A DNA stretch of 51,910 bases from Lentisphaerota bacterium (GCA_022837245.1 JALHHX010000004.1:1-51910), one strand, 5' to 3'; shown: positions 34,654 through 43,288, numbered from the stretch's first letter. The notes: a model not told the origin generated them from the letters alone. Translations and numbers: made by a program.

Positions 34654-36474
34654 TCAAATCTCAGTCAACATTGTTGAGGATGCGGGAAGCACCTTTAAAA
34701 TACGTATCTCGTCTGGTGCGAGTGTCTGACTGGCCGGTGCAGGCGCGCCATCCCATGTGGCAAGCGATTCGCCTTCTTCGGGAAGACGCACCGAGACGCG
34801 CCGCAATTTGCGAGTCAGGTTCACAATCATCAAGGCACGGGTTCCATCGTCCTGTTCGGCGCATGCAAGGAAGACGTCGAAATCTCCTGAGAGGGTTGGC
34901 GCTCCGGCTAGAGGCGCGATAACGCGGCGGATTGCACCTAGAACCGCATCGCGTGTTTCGGGCGGCGTCGAGTGCCATACGCACGGCACTATTATCCAGC
35001 CGGGCTTTGTGAAGAGAGACCCGTCGCGTGTCCACTCCGTTGCCGACTCGAACGTGACGATCCCGCCGTCGCCCTCAACCACATTATCCACGCCAAGACT
35101 GCGGCGTAGCTGCGAATCATGAAGCAAAGCCGAGCCGTCAAGCACAACTGTTGATCCTTCAAGCCACTCATGCGGAGTGTCAAGCACGGCACGTCCCATG
35201 ACTGCCACAACACGCGCGCCGCCGGGTGGCACCTGACCGGGCGAACGCGTGACAACCGTGCCTATTCCCGCAAGGTTGAACCATGGGAATATTTGGCGGT
35301 CCGCTGCACGCTTGACTGGATCGCTTGAGCCGAACCCGGCGGCTGGAGTACGTAGGATTACAACAGGATTGACCAACCGGGAGCGATCACCGAAAGCCGC
35401 GCTCCATTGCCGGATTTCCGGAAGATCGGCTTCCAGGAAGTCCTGGTGGCGGATCCATCCATCTACGCATGGACAGTAGGAAATTTCCTTAACCCCGGCT
35501 GCAAGCGCTAGCGCGATTTTCTTGCGGATGTCCTCATGACGAATGCCTTTGAAATAAGTCGTCTCGCTGAGCACCTCGACGGAAGGCGGCAGCCAACCGA
35601 CGTGGTGTGATACGGAGAGATACGACAGCACAGGCCCCTGCGGGTCGCTGTATTCGTTAGGACCGAAGTGCCCTTCCCCAGCTCTTACACGCACGTCGCC
35701 CTTGAAGCTTGGAAACAATTGATCGAGATCGATGCCGTCTCGCTCTTCGCCGCCCCAGCGAACCATGAGACCGAGCTTTAGCTTTGGGTTGACCGACCTG
35801 CCTATATTGCCGACGGCCTCCCAGAGTGCGGTCAGACGATCGACCTTCATGCGGATCCACTCCCCGTGCAGCTCGGCGCTATTCATGACGTCAACGCGCC
35901 GTACCGTACGGCCGACGCGTTCAGACAGCTCAGCCATGCAACGGTCGCAGTAGCAAGAAGCGGTGCTTCCAGCCGCATTGCCTGCTCCTTGGTCGCCATC
36001 GACTCGGTAATCATCGTCGTACCAAATCTCGTCGAACACCTCGGCTAGCGCACGCATGATGTTCACGTTCCCTTTCATGCATGCATCATCCGGGCAGGCA
36101 CAGCAGAAGACGGGATTCCCGAATTCGTTGACGGCGTATCTCCAACTGCGTGGCAGCGGCCCGGCGGTCTGCCAGTCCGCCGCAACCAATCCGCCCGTGT
36201 AGAACGGTATGGGATCAGGGGGAGTATCGCGTCCGCCGTAATACTTGTCCATCGCAGGGTGCCCGATCGCGTAGATCATGCCGAACACGGCGATGCCGTC
36301 GCCTTCGAGGCGGCGGCGCATTCGCAGCATCGCTTCCGGCTCGCCCATGAGCTTTCCGGTCATAGAGGCGGTGATTGCTATTTTACCAATGGCCTGCCGC
36401 CGGCATGATTCCAGAATTTTGTCGTACGATTCTTCCAAATGCGCCGCGGATACGGCGTACGCGCTTATTTTCAT
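34654..36474 (-). CDS. Cys-rich cytoplasmic hypothetical protein (possible TIM-barrel glycosidase-like N-terminal half)
   Basis: 606-aa ORF with coherent composition and no signal peptide. Cys clusters FCCACPDDAC, SCYCDRC and SYCPC. The ATG at 36474 is 8 nt after the upstream stop. The function call is weak. Confidence 0.65.
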   Translation of the reverse strand: MKISAYAVSAAHLEESYDKILESCRRQAIGKIAITASMTGKLMGEPEAMLRMRRRLEGDGIAVFGMIYAIGHPAMDKYYGGRDTPPDPIPFYTGGLVAADWQTAGPLPRSWRYAVNEFGNPVFCCACPDDACMKGNVNIMRALAEVFDEIWYDDDYRVDGDQGAGNAAGSTASCYCDRCMAELSERVGRTVRRVDVMNSAELHGEWIRMKVDRLTALWEAVGNIGRSVNPKLKLGLMVRWGGEERDGIDLDQLFPSFKGDVRVRAGEGHFGPNEYSDPQGPVLSYLSVSHHVGWLPPSVEVLSETTYFKGIRHEDIRKKIALALAAGVKEISYCPCVDGWIRHQDFLEADLPEIRQWSAAFGDRSRLVNPVVILRTPAAGFGSSDPVKRAADRQIFPWFNLAGIGTVVTRSPGQVPPGGARVVAVMGRAVLDTPHEWLEGSTVVLDGSALLHDSQLRRSLGVDNVVEGDGGIVTFESATEWTRDGSLFTKPGWIIVPCVWHSTPPETRDAVLGAIRRVIAPLAGAPTLSGDFDVFLACAEQDDGTRALMIVNLTRKLRRVSVRLPEEGESLATWDGAPAPASQTLAPDEIRILKVLPASSTMLTEI

Positions 36475-36482
36475 GTGCCAAA

Positions 36483-37021
36483 CTACCTTATCAGTATCAT
36501 GCCCATATCATTGCCAAAAAATTCGTAGGCGCCCATGTCCACAACCTTGTGGTGTATGCGCGGGTTGCCAGCAAAATCCAGAGCTTCATCCATCCATTCC
36601 ACTACGTTTTCCCCCTTGTTGCGACATGGGGATCTCCAGTCGAGCGAGTAGCAGAAATACAACCGTTGTTCGTGCTGAATGCGAGAATCGAAACCTTACC
36701 CACATCAGCCATGAGCACCGCCTCGGGATTCCGGACGCCGTTCCAAGGGATGTCCGCGTTGGGACCCCTGAGGGTTACAGGAACTGCGACATTGATCGCG
36801 GTGGGATATTCGCCTGCGGCGACCTCCACTACATCGCCATCCGCAACATGAATCATCGCATTAGTAATAGACGCCCAAGGGGTGGCCTGATTCTCCGCCT
36901 CCGCAGGCGTACGCGCATCGTTCCCATTGTTGGCATCGACATAATAAGTCGTCGCCATAGCCCCGCCCGCAAAGGCAAATCCGGCTGTTAGGAGTCCCAA
37001 TATGCACTGTAACGTTTTCAT
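36483..37021 (-). pseudogene. Mini paralog (about 179 aa if repaired) of the beta-helix family: signal peptide, N-terminal cap and C-terminal tail module. Split by a 1-nt frameshift in a C4 run (G4 at 36628-36631 on the plus strand).
   Basis: The listed 139-aa ORF (MKTLQCILGLLTAG...TTYYVDANNGND...GDVVEVAAGEYP) stops at 36602. A second frame continues PCRNKGENVVEWMDEALDFAGNPRIHHKVVDMGAYEFFGNDMGMILIR to a stop at 36483-36485. Changing C4 to C5 fuses them as ...STGDPPCRNKG... Confidence 0.6.
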
Positions 37022-37287
37022 ATCAATCTCCGAAGCTTATTGTTTTTTGTAAAGCCGTAGCTCAACTTTCACGAGTGATTAAACCAGAACCCACACCATA
37101 ACGCAAGGGGAAAAAAACACTCTGAATATACAAAAAAACTATTTCTATACAAAGCGTGCTATGTAGGACTAGGTTGGCTTCGCTGCACGATGCAGCGCGA
37201 AAACGCTATCGAAGCACTCCACTATCCAATTATTCCTTTGTCCATGGCATCTAGCTTCTTATTTGCGCCTGTTCCCCATACCCTATT

Positions 37288-40200
37288 TTACCGCACAATC
37301 ATCATCGACGGTGCCGTGAACACTTCGTAGGCTCCGATGTCGACAATGCCGCCCGCGATGCGCGGGTTGCCGTCCAGATCGAAGGCCGTGGCCTCGCCCT
37401 TGGCCATCCAGAGCTGGTTCGCGCCCGCGTCCACGCACGGCGAGGCCGCGAGAATGTGGAAGTTCCCGGTGGCGCGGCCGCGGTAGAGCGGATCGACCGA
37501 GATCGAGTTGACCGGTGTGATCGCGTTGCCCGAGAAAGCCGTGCCGTTGCCGAACACGTCGCAGTTGACCACGCTCAGTCCGTACTGCGTCTCCCGGTAG
37601 ATGCCGCTGCCCGTGTTGAAGGTGACCGCCGTGTTGCGGATCAACGTGGCGTCGCCGCCGAAATAGTTGACGTGGATTCCGCCGCCGTTGCCGTCGAAAA
37701 CGGAGTTCTCGAAAGTCCAGTTGTGTGAGGCGGAGTCCCGAGCGGTGGCGAAGCCGTAGCCCGTGTTCTGGTAGACGAGGCTGTTGCGGACGACGCCCCA
37801 GACCGCGCCGCCGACAGAGCCGCCGCCGTAGCGGCCGCTGTAGATTCCAGCTCCCGTGTTCCCGAAAACCCGGCAGCGGTCGAAGAACGTCTCTCCAGAG
37901 AGATAGAGCAAGGCGCCGTTGACCTTGTTGCCCGAAATTGACGTGTTGACGAACTCGGCCTCGTGCGAGCGGTTGAGGAAGGCGCCTGCGAGCTTGCTGC
38001 CGGTCAGCGCGCAGTTTTCGAAGCGGCAGCCCTGCGCCTCGTTCAACTCGACGCCGTTGCCGTTGGCCGCCGTGAACGCGAAGCCCTTGAAGGCCACGCG
38101 ATTGGCGCCTTGCATCGAGAGCGCGGGGCCGGAGGCGTTTGTCACCGCCACCGCGCCGTCGGCCACGAAGCGCACCCACTGGTCGCCGGAGCCGCCGGTG
38201 GCGATCGTCGCGCCCGCTGCGTACGTCCCCGCCTGCACGCGCACGGTGTCGCCCGGCGTCACGGCGTCCGCCGCCTTCTGCAGCGTCAGGAAGGCGCCTG
38301 CAGGCGTGTTGTCGAGGCCGGTGTTCGCGTCGCTCCCGTCGAGTCGCACGTAATACGTCTGGATCGGCGGGAGCGCGACGCGCGGCCCGCTCGGGCTTGG
38401 CCCCAGGTCTTCGCCGTTGACGCCGTAGCCGGCCGCCGGCGCGCCTTCGTAGAGCCGGAAGTCGTTGGCCCACGGCGCGACGAAGCCCGGATCGGCCCAG
38501 AGGTTGTTGCCGCCGTCGATGAAGTGCTTGACGCCCGGCACGAAGTGGTTGCGCGCGGCGTAGAAGCACGTGTAGCTCACCCGCACGCCGGTGCCGTAGT
38601 CGGCATCGGGATACAGGTCGTACTGGTGGTTCGCCGCGAGAATGCTGTTCGTCAGCACCATGCCGCTGTTCCAGGCGCCCTTGTCGATGCCGCTGCCGTA
38701 GTTGCCGTACGCCAGACATGCGTCGATGATCCAGTTGTCGGAATGCGAGTCGCGCTGCAGCGCGACGCCCGAGCCCGTGTTGCGGAGGAACCGCGAACGG
38801 CGGAGGACCACGTTGTCCGAGCCGGCGGCGCTGTTGTTCGGTCCGGCGTAGATGCCGTTCTGCTTGTTCCACCCGAAGGTCGAGTCGTGGACGGTCGTGT
38901 AATTGGCGGCGTAGAGGTAGAGGCCGTGCGAGGTGTTGTTGGTCGCCAGGCAGTGGGCCACCACGTTGTTGGGCGAGCTGAGCAGCTGGATGCCGTACGT
39001 TCCGCTGCTGGCCGCCGTCAGATTCGTCAGGACGCAGTTGCGGGAGGCGCTGAGGCGCACGCCATCGGATCCGGCGCCGCCGGTCACGGCGAAGCCGTCC
39101 AGCACGATCCCGGCGGAGGCGTCGAGCAGGAAGGCGTGCCCGCCGCCCGTCACCTGCACCGCGCCGTCGGCCACGAACGTCGCCTGAAGGCTGGAGGGGG
39201 CGACGAGGGAGATGACGACGCTCTCGTTGTACGTTCCCGGCTGCACCCGGACCGTGCCGTTGGCGCCGACGGTCGAGGCCGCCTTCTGGATCGTCAGGAA
39301 CGCGCCGCCCGGCGTGTTCGCGAGCCCCGTGTTCGAATCGCTCCCGTCGGTGCGCACGTAGTAGGTCGCGGCGCCCGGCAGGGGCGCCCCGGCCCCATCG
39401 GGCCACACGCCCATGTCGATGCCCGCGAGGCCCGTGTCAATGGAAGGGGATCCGACGAACAAGTGGAAGTCGGTGGCGCCGGGGTTGACCAGCAGCGGAT
39501 CGGCGGAGATCGAGCCGGTTCCCGCCGTGAACCCGGAATAGTTGGCAAACGTGTTGCCGTAGACGTTGTTGTAGGTGCAGGCGATGCCGGCGCTGGTGCC
39601 GGCCGGCCCGACGCCGTTGCCCCGGTTGAAGCACACGATGCTGTTCCGGAGCACATGGCCCGAGCACCAGTGGCCCGCCGTCATGCCCGAGCCGCCGTTG
39701 TAGACGACCGCGCAGTTGTCAACCGTCCAGTTGCTGCAGTAGGAGTCGCCTTCCAAGCAGATGCCGTGGGCGTTGTTCGCGAAAATCGAGCACCGGTAGA
39801 GCGTCACGTAGTTGGCGAGACGGCGGCCGGCGGCGAGGTTCGCGCCGCCGTAGAGGCCGCTCCCCGTGTTCCGGGCGATGTGGCAGCGCTCGATGCGGGA
39901 CGCCCCCTTGCCATAGAAGTGAATGCCATGCGAACCGTTCCAGATCACCTGCGAGTCCACCATCGTCAAACCGGCGCTCTCGTTTACGAAGACGCCGTAC
40001 GACGTGTTCCGGGCGACGATGCAATTGGTGACGCGCGACTCGGACGCAAAGTCGAGCCTGATGCCGTGGGTGGCGTTCGAGAAGCAGAGGCCGTCGAGGA
40101 CGTTCCAGCTAGCGCGGTCGATCGTCGCCGCCGCCACGGTGCCGGTCACCGTCACCGCGCCGTCCGCGACGAAGCGCACGGGGCTGTCGGCCGTGCCGGA

Positions 40201-41502
40201 AGCCGTCAGCGTGAAGGTGTCGTAGACGCCCGGCTGGACGCGCACCGTGTCGCCCGGCGTCGTCAGGGACGCGGCCTTCGCCAGCGTCAGGAAGGCGCCG
40301 GATGCGTCGTTGGAGAGTCCGGTGTTCGCATCGCTGCCGTCGGAGCGGACATAGTATGTTTCGATCGTGGGAAGCGCCACGACGGAGCCTTCGGGGTAAA
40401 GTCCGAGATCCGTGCCGCCATCGCCAAGCGCCTGGCAGTCGGAATCGGCGTAGAGGCGGAAGTCGCCGCGGTCGCCGGCGACAAAGCTTGGCGCGACCGC
40501 GTAGGGCGAATTGAGCGTGAGGCGGGTGGTCGTGGTATAGGGCAGTCCGTTGCCCCAGAACGCCGTCCGGTTCGCCACCACCGTCGCCGAAGAGTGGTTG
40601 ACAACCATCAGCCCCACGGTGCCGTTGTAGGCGATGATCGTGTCGAACACGGTCGACGAGCAGGTTTCCCAGTTGTAGAGGCCGGACTGGGTGTTCGCAT
40701 AGAGCACGCAGTTGGTGATCACCCACCCCGTGCTTTTGGAATTGTGCTGCAGCGCGATGCCGCTGGACTGGTTAGCGTTGTTGCCGCCATTCTTGTAGCT
40801 TGAACTCAGCGACAGTCCGTTCTGATAAATGGCGCAGCGTTCCAATGTGATGTTGTCGGACTCGTAGGTTGCGGAGTTCTGGGTCCCTCCGCGGATGCCG
40901 TTGTAGCGGTTGCCGTGGATGGCCGCGCCGACGACGCGGCTGTTGTCCGTGTTCTCGAAGGCGATGCCGTCCGACCGGTTGTGGGCGTACGAGCCCCCGG
41001 TGATGGTGAAGGACTGGCCGTCCCGCAGGAGCAGGCCGACGCCCGTGTTGCCGCAGGACGAGACGTTGGTCAGCGCGTTGTTGGTGGACAGCGAGAGGAA
41101 CTTGATGCCCTCCGCCGTGGCGTTCGTCACGCTCAGCCCATCGAGCACGAGCCAGGAGACGCCCGTCGCGGCGATGCCGTTTGCGCGCGTGGCGCCGCCG
41201 TCGATGACAACCGCGCCGCTCGTGTTCGCCTGGATGCGGTTGGGTGCGCCGCTGGCCCCGCTGTTGTCCGCAGCCAGCGTCACGGTCTCCGGATACACGC
41301 CCTCCGCAACGAGAATCGTGGCGTTCGACGTGCTGGTGAAGGCGGCGCTGTCCACCGCCGCCTGGATGGTGGTATAGGCGTCGAGCCAGGACGTGCCGTC
41401 GTTGGCGCCCGTCGCCGCCGCGTCGACGAAGATCTCCGCTGCCGAAACCACTCCAGTCATCCCGGCGAGTATGAATCCAAGTATTCGAGCTGTTTTGTTC
41501 AT
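37288..41502 (-). CDS. Giant secreted protein made of four tandem right-handed beta-helix modules
   Basis: SD GGAGA lies 6 nt upstream of the ATG at 41502. Signal peptide MNKTARILGFILAGMTGVVSAA. Module openers sit at ORF residues about 41, 401, 732 and 1068, and three of them read TYYVR.DGSD.NTGL......GAFLT..KAA......GDTVRVQ.GTY. Each module ends DF(R/H)L(Y/F). The C-terminus is SPCVDAG...DIGAYEVFTAPSMMIVR. Confidence 0.85.
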   Translation of the reverse strand: MNKTARILGFILAGMTGVVSAAEIFVDAAATGANDGTSWLDAYTTIQAAVDSAAFTSTSNATILVAEGVYPETVTLAADNSGASGAPNRIQANTSGAVVIDGGATRANGIAATGVSWLVLDGLSVTNATAEGIKFLSLSTNNALTNVSSCGNTGVGLLLRDGQSFTITGGSYAHNRSDGIAFENTDNSRVVGAAIHGNRYNGIRGGTQNSATYESDNITLERCAIYQNGLSLSSSYKNGGNNANQSSGIALQHNSKSTGWVITNCVLYANTQSGLYNWETCSSTVFDTIIAYNGTVGLMVVNHSSATVVANRTAFWGNGLPYTTTTRLTLNSPYAVAPSFVAGDRGDFRLYADSDCQALGDGGTDLGLYPEGSVVALPTIETYYVRSDGSDANTGLSNDASGAFLTLAKAASLTTPGDTVRVQPGVYDTFTLTASGTADSPVRFVADGAVTVTGTVAAATIDRASWNVLDGLCFSNATHGIRLDFASESRVTNCIVARNTSYGVFVNESAGLTMVDSQVIWNGSHGIHFYGKGASRIERCHIARNTGSGLYGGANLAAGRRLANYVTLYRCSIFANNAHGICLEGDSYCSNWTVDNCAVVYNGGSGMTAGHWCSGHVLRNSIVCFNRGNGVGPAGTSAGIACTYNNVYGNTFANYSGFTAGTGSISADPLLVNPGATDFHLFVGSPSIDTGLAGIDMGVWPDGAGAPLPGAATYYVRTDGSDSNTGLANTPGGAFLTIQKAASTVGANGTVRVQPGTYNESVVISLVAPSSLQATFVADGAVQVTGGGHAFLLDASAGIVLDGFAVTGGAGSDGVRLSASRNCVLTNLTAASSGTYGIQLLSSPNNVVAHCLATNNTSHGLYLYAANYTTVHDSTFGWNKQNGIYAGPNNSAAGSDNVVLRRSRFLRNTGSGVALQRDSHSDNWIIDACLAYGNYGSGIDKGAWNSGMVLTNSILAANHQYDLYPDADYGTGVRVSYTCFYAARNHFVPGVKHFIDGGNNLWADPGFVAPWANDFRLYEGAPAAGYGVNGEDLGPSPSGPRVALPPIQTYYVRLDGSDANTGLDNTPAGAFLTLQKAADAVTPGDTVRVQAGTYAAGATIATGGSGDQWVRFVADGAVAVTNASGPALSMQGANRVAFKGFAFTAANGNGVELNEAQGCRFENCALTGSKLAGAFLNRSHEAEFVNTSISGNKVNGALLYLSGETFFDRCRVFGNTGAGIYSGRYGGGSVGGAVWGVVRNSLVYQNTGYGFATARDSASHNWTFENSVFDGNGGGIHVNYFGGDATLIRNTAVTFNTGSGIYRETQYGLSVVNCDVFGNGTAFSGNAITPVNSISVDPLYRGRATGNFHILAASPCVDAGANQLWMAKGEATAFDLDGNPRIAGGIVDIGAYEVFTAPSMMIVR

Positions 41503-41668
41503 ATTAGTTCTCCGATGTTTTGTCATTTTATAGATTTCAAAGTCATATTTGAAACTCATTCAAGTCCTGATTTATAGACTGCAGGTTATACGACATGCGT
41601 TTGTCGGTTTTTGATTTCACGACATCAATGCCCCTTGGGTACACTCCTCCATCAATTGAACAGAGAGT

Positions 41669-41697
41669 ATTAGAACAAATTTAGAATTTCATGGCAA
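41669..41697 (-). promoter_or_regulatory. Sigma70-like promoter TTGCCA-N17-TCTAAT upstream of the giant beta-helix gene
   Basis: On the minus strand, -35 at 41692-41697 and -10 at 41669-41674, with a 17-nt spacer. An A/T-rich tract (41705-41750) lies upstream. This implies a 5' UTR of about 160 nt. Confidence 0.3.
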
Positions 41698-42230
41698 GCA
41701 ATAAAATACAGTTTGAGACAAAAAAACAAAAAAAGAACAAAACTGCATGGCTTCTATGGAATAATTGGATTGGCCAAACCTTTCTGGGGGACACATTATG
41801 ACCTCGGCATATCGGCACACCAGCACCAGGACATTCCCCATTTTTTGGGAGTGTTTTTTCACGATCGGCGCTGTGGGCTTGTGTTTTATGCATAAAAACG
41901 TGGTTCAGCGTGCTTTAGAAAGCCCGCGGGCAAGAGCCTGCCCGCAGGGAGTGAATAAAAGCCACGCGGGAGGATGGCGCTATTGACCAAGGCCCAATAC
42001 CCATGGCCTTCCTCTTTGCGCAAGGCTTTTCAACCACTTCCCGCAAGCAGGCTCTGTTTGCGGGCTCCAGCCCGCCCGGCGGCGGTACGGGCATGGTCAG
42101 ACGCGTCCACGGCGTGGTGTTTGGGAGTGCCCCGTTCTGCGCGCCGTGTTCCGCAGGCACACACCGACACCAAGGCAGTTTCCAGCAAGGTGTCAACAAA
42201 TGGGGAAAGCCCCGCTCAAACCTTGCCTTG

Positions 42231-42803
42231 CTATTTTCTTATGAAACGCTGGCGTTTCGGAAGATATCCGCCGCTTAGGTTGTTCACGTCGCTGACGCCG
42301 ACCACTGCCTTTGGGTCGATGCTCCTGATACTGCTGAGCATATCGGTTGTCTCCGAGCGTTCAACGTAAACAAGCAAAACTTTTCTCGATGTATTGAGCC
42401 CTTTGCCGTCTATCTCCGTCGCTCCATTCCCCCTGCTGCGTACCATTTCCACGATATTGGTGCTGGCGGGTTCCGAGGAGATTACCTGGACAAGCACGTG
42501 CCCAAAAGCGAGTTTTGATTCAATAAGAGATCCGAGGAATACGCCTGTGGCGAAACCTATCGAGTATACTATGGCTTTAACGGGCGCTTCGTTAATGTTT
42601 TGAACCACGCTTGCAGCCACGAAGACCCAGAGTAAAACCTCTATGAATGCGAGCAGAGTGCCCAGCTTGCGGAAACCGCGCTGGATCAAAATGATCCGCA
42701 TGGTCGAGATCGTCACCTCGATTGTTTTGACCACATAGATGAGCAAAAGCACCCACCACGGCGTGGCCGTAAGAAAACCCATGATATCAAAGTTCACTTG
42801 CAC
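42231..42803 (-). CDS. UPF0316 family membrane protein (DUF5698 plus DUF2179 domains)
   Basis: Three N-terminal TM helices (VKTIEVTISTMRIILIQRG...) followed by a soluble DUF2179-like C-terminal domain (GATEIDGKGLNTSRKVLLVYV). Confidence 0.75.
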   Translation of the reverse strand: MQVNFDIMGFLTATPWWVLLLIYVVKTIEVTISTMRIILIQRGFRKLGTLLAFIEVLLWVFVAASVVQNINEAPVKAIVYSIGFATGVFLGSLIESKLAFGHVLVQVISSEPASTNIVEMVRSRGNGATEIDGKGLNTSRKVLLVYVERSETTDMLSSIRSIDPKAVVGVSDVNNLSGGYLPKRQRFIRK

Positions 42804-43288
42804 ACCCCTGATTGCTCGGTTTCAAGCTTCAACAAACGCCGTTTTACCGAAACTCCCCACCGGTATCCGCCGTATGTGGCGGGATTGGTGCGCACGAAAG
42901 ATGCCGGGACGATCCTGTGGCAGGGTAGCAACACTGCCAAGGAATTCCGTCCGCAGGCGGCACCCACGGCGCGTGCGGCGCCGGGCTTGCCGAGCCTCTT
43001 GGCGATTTCGCCGTAGGTGGCCGTTGAACCGTAAGACACTCGCGCCATCTGATCCCAAACCGCTTTGTCGAAGTCGGTGCCTTGGGGCGCAAGCGGCAAT
43101 GTGAATTCGCGTCGAATCCCGGACAGGTATTCGCCAAGCTGCCTGAACGCCTCCTCAAGGAGCGGCGTGGCGGGGTCGGGACTCTGCCACGAGGTGCTGG
43201 GCGGCATAAACGCCAAGGCGACGATTGCGCCGTCCTTTTCGGTGATGCGCACCGGCCCATAAGAGGTGTCGCGGGTGGTTCCGTTCAT
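42794..43288 (-). CDS. ogt: Methylated-DNA--protein-cysteine methyltransferase
   Basis: Active-site PCHRIV (LLPCHRIVPAS), preceded by TYGEIAKRLGKPGAARAVGAACGRN. Confidence 0.9.
   Translation of the reverse strand: MNGTTRDTSYGPVRITEKDGAIVALAFMPPSTSWQSPDPATPLLEEAFRQLGEYLSGIRREFTLPLAPQGTDFDKAVWDQMARVSYGSTATYGEIAKRLGKPGAARAVGAACGRNSLAVLLPCHRIVPASFVRTNPATYGGYRWGVSVKRRLLKLETEQSGVCK

Noticed and set aside
37283-40803. Very long alternative ORFs overlapping the giant gene (946 aa on the plus strand at 37963-40803; 707 aa on the minus strand in another frame at 37283-39406)
   Set aside because: Their translations are Arg/Ala/Gly/Pro-dominated, low-complexity strings typical of off-frame reading through high-GC coding DNA. 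The 1423-aa frame has a signal peptide, an SD and repeated beta-helix motifs, and explains the region.
42150-42195. CACCAAGGCAGTTTCCAGCAAGGTG resembles part of SRP (4.5S) RNA domain IV (AGCAGCCAAGGCAG)
   Set aside because: The symmetric and asymmetric loop motifs and the GGAA tetraloop hairpin of SRP RNA are absent, and the similarity covers only about 9 nt.
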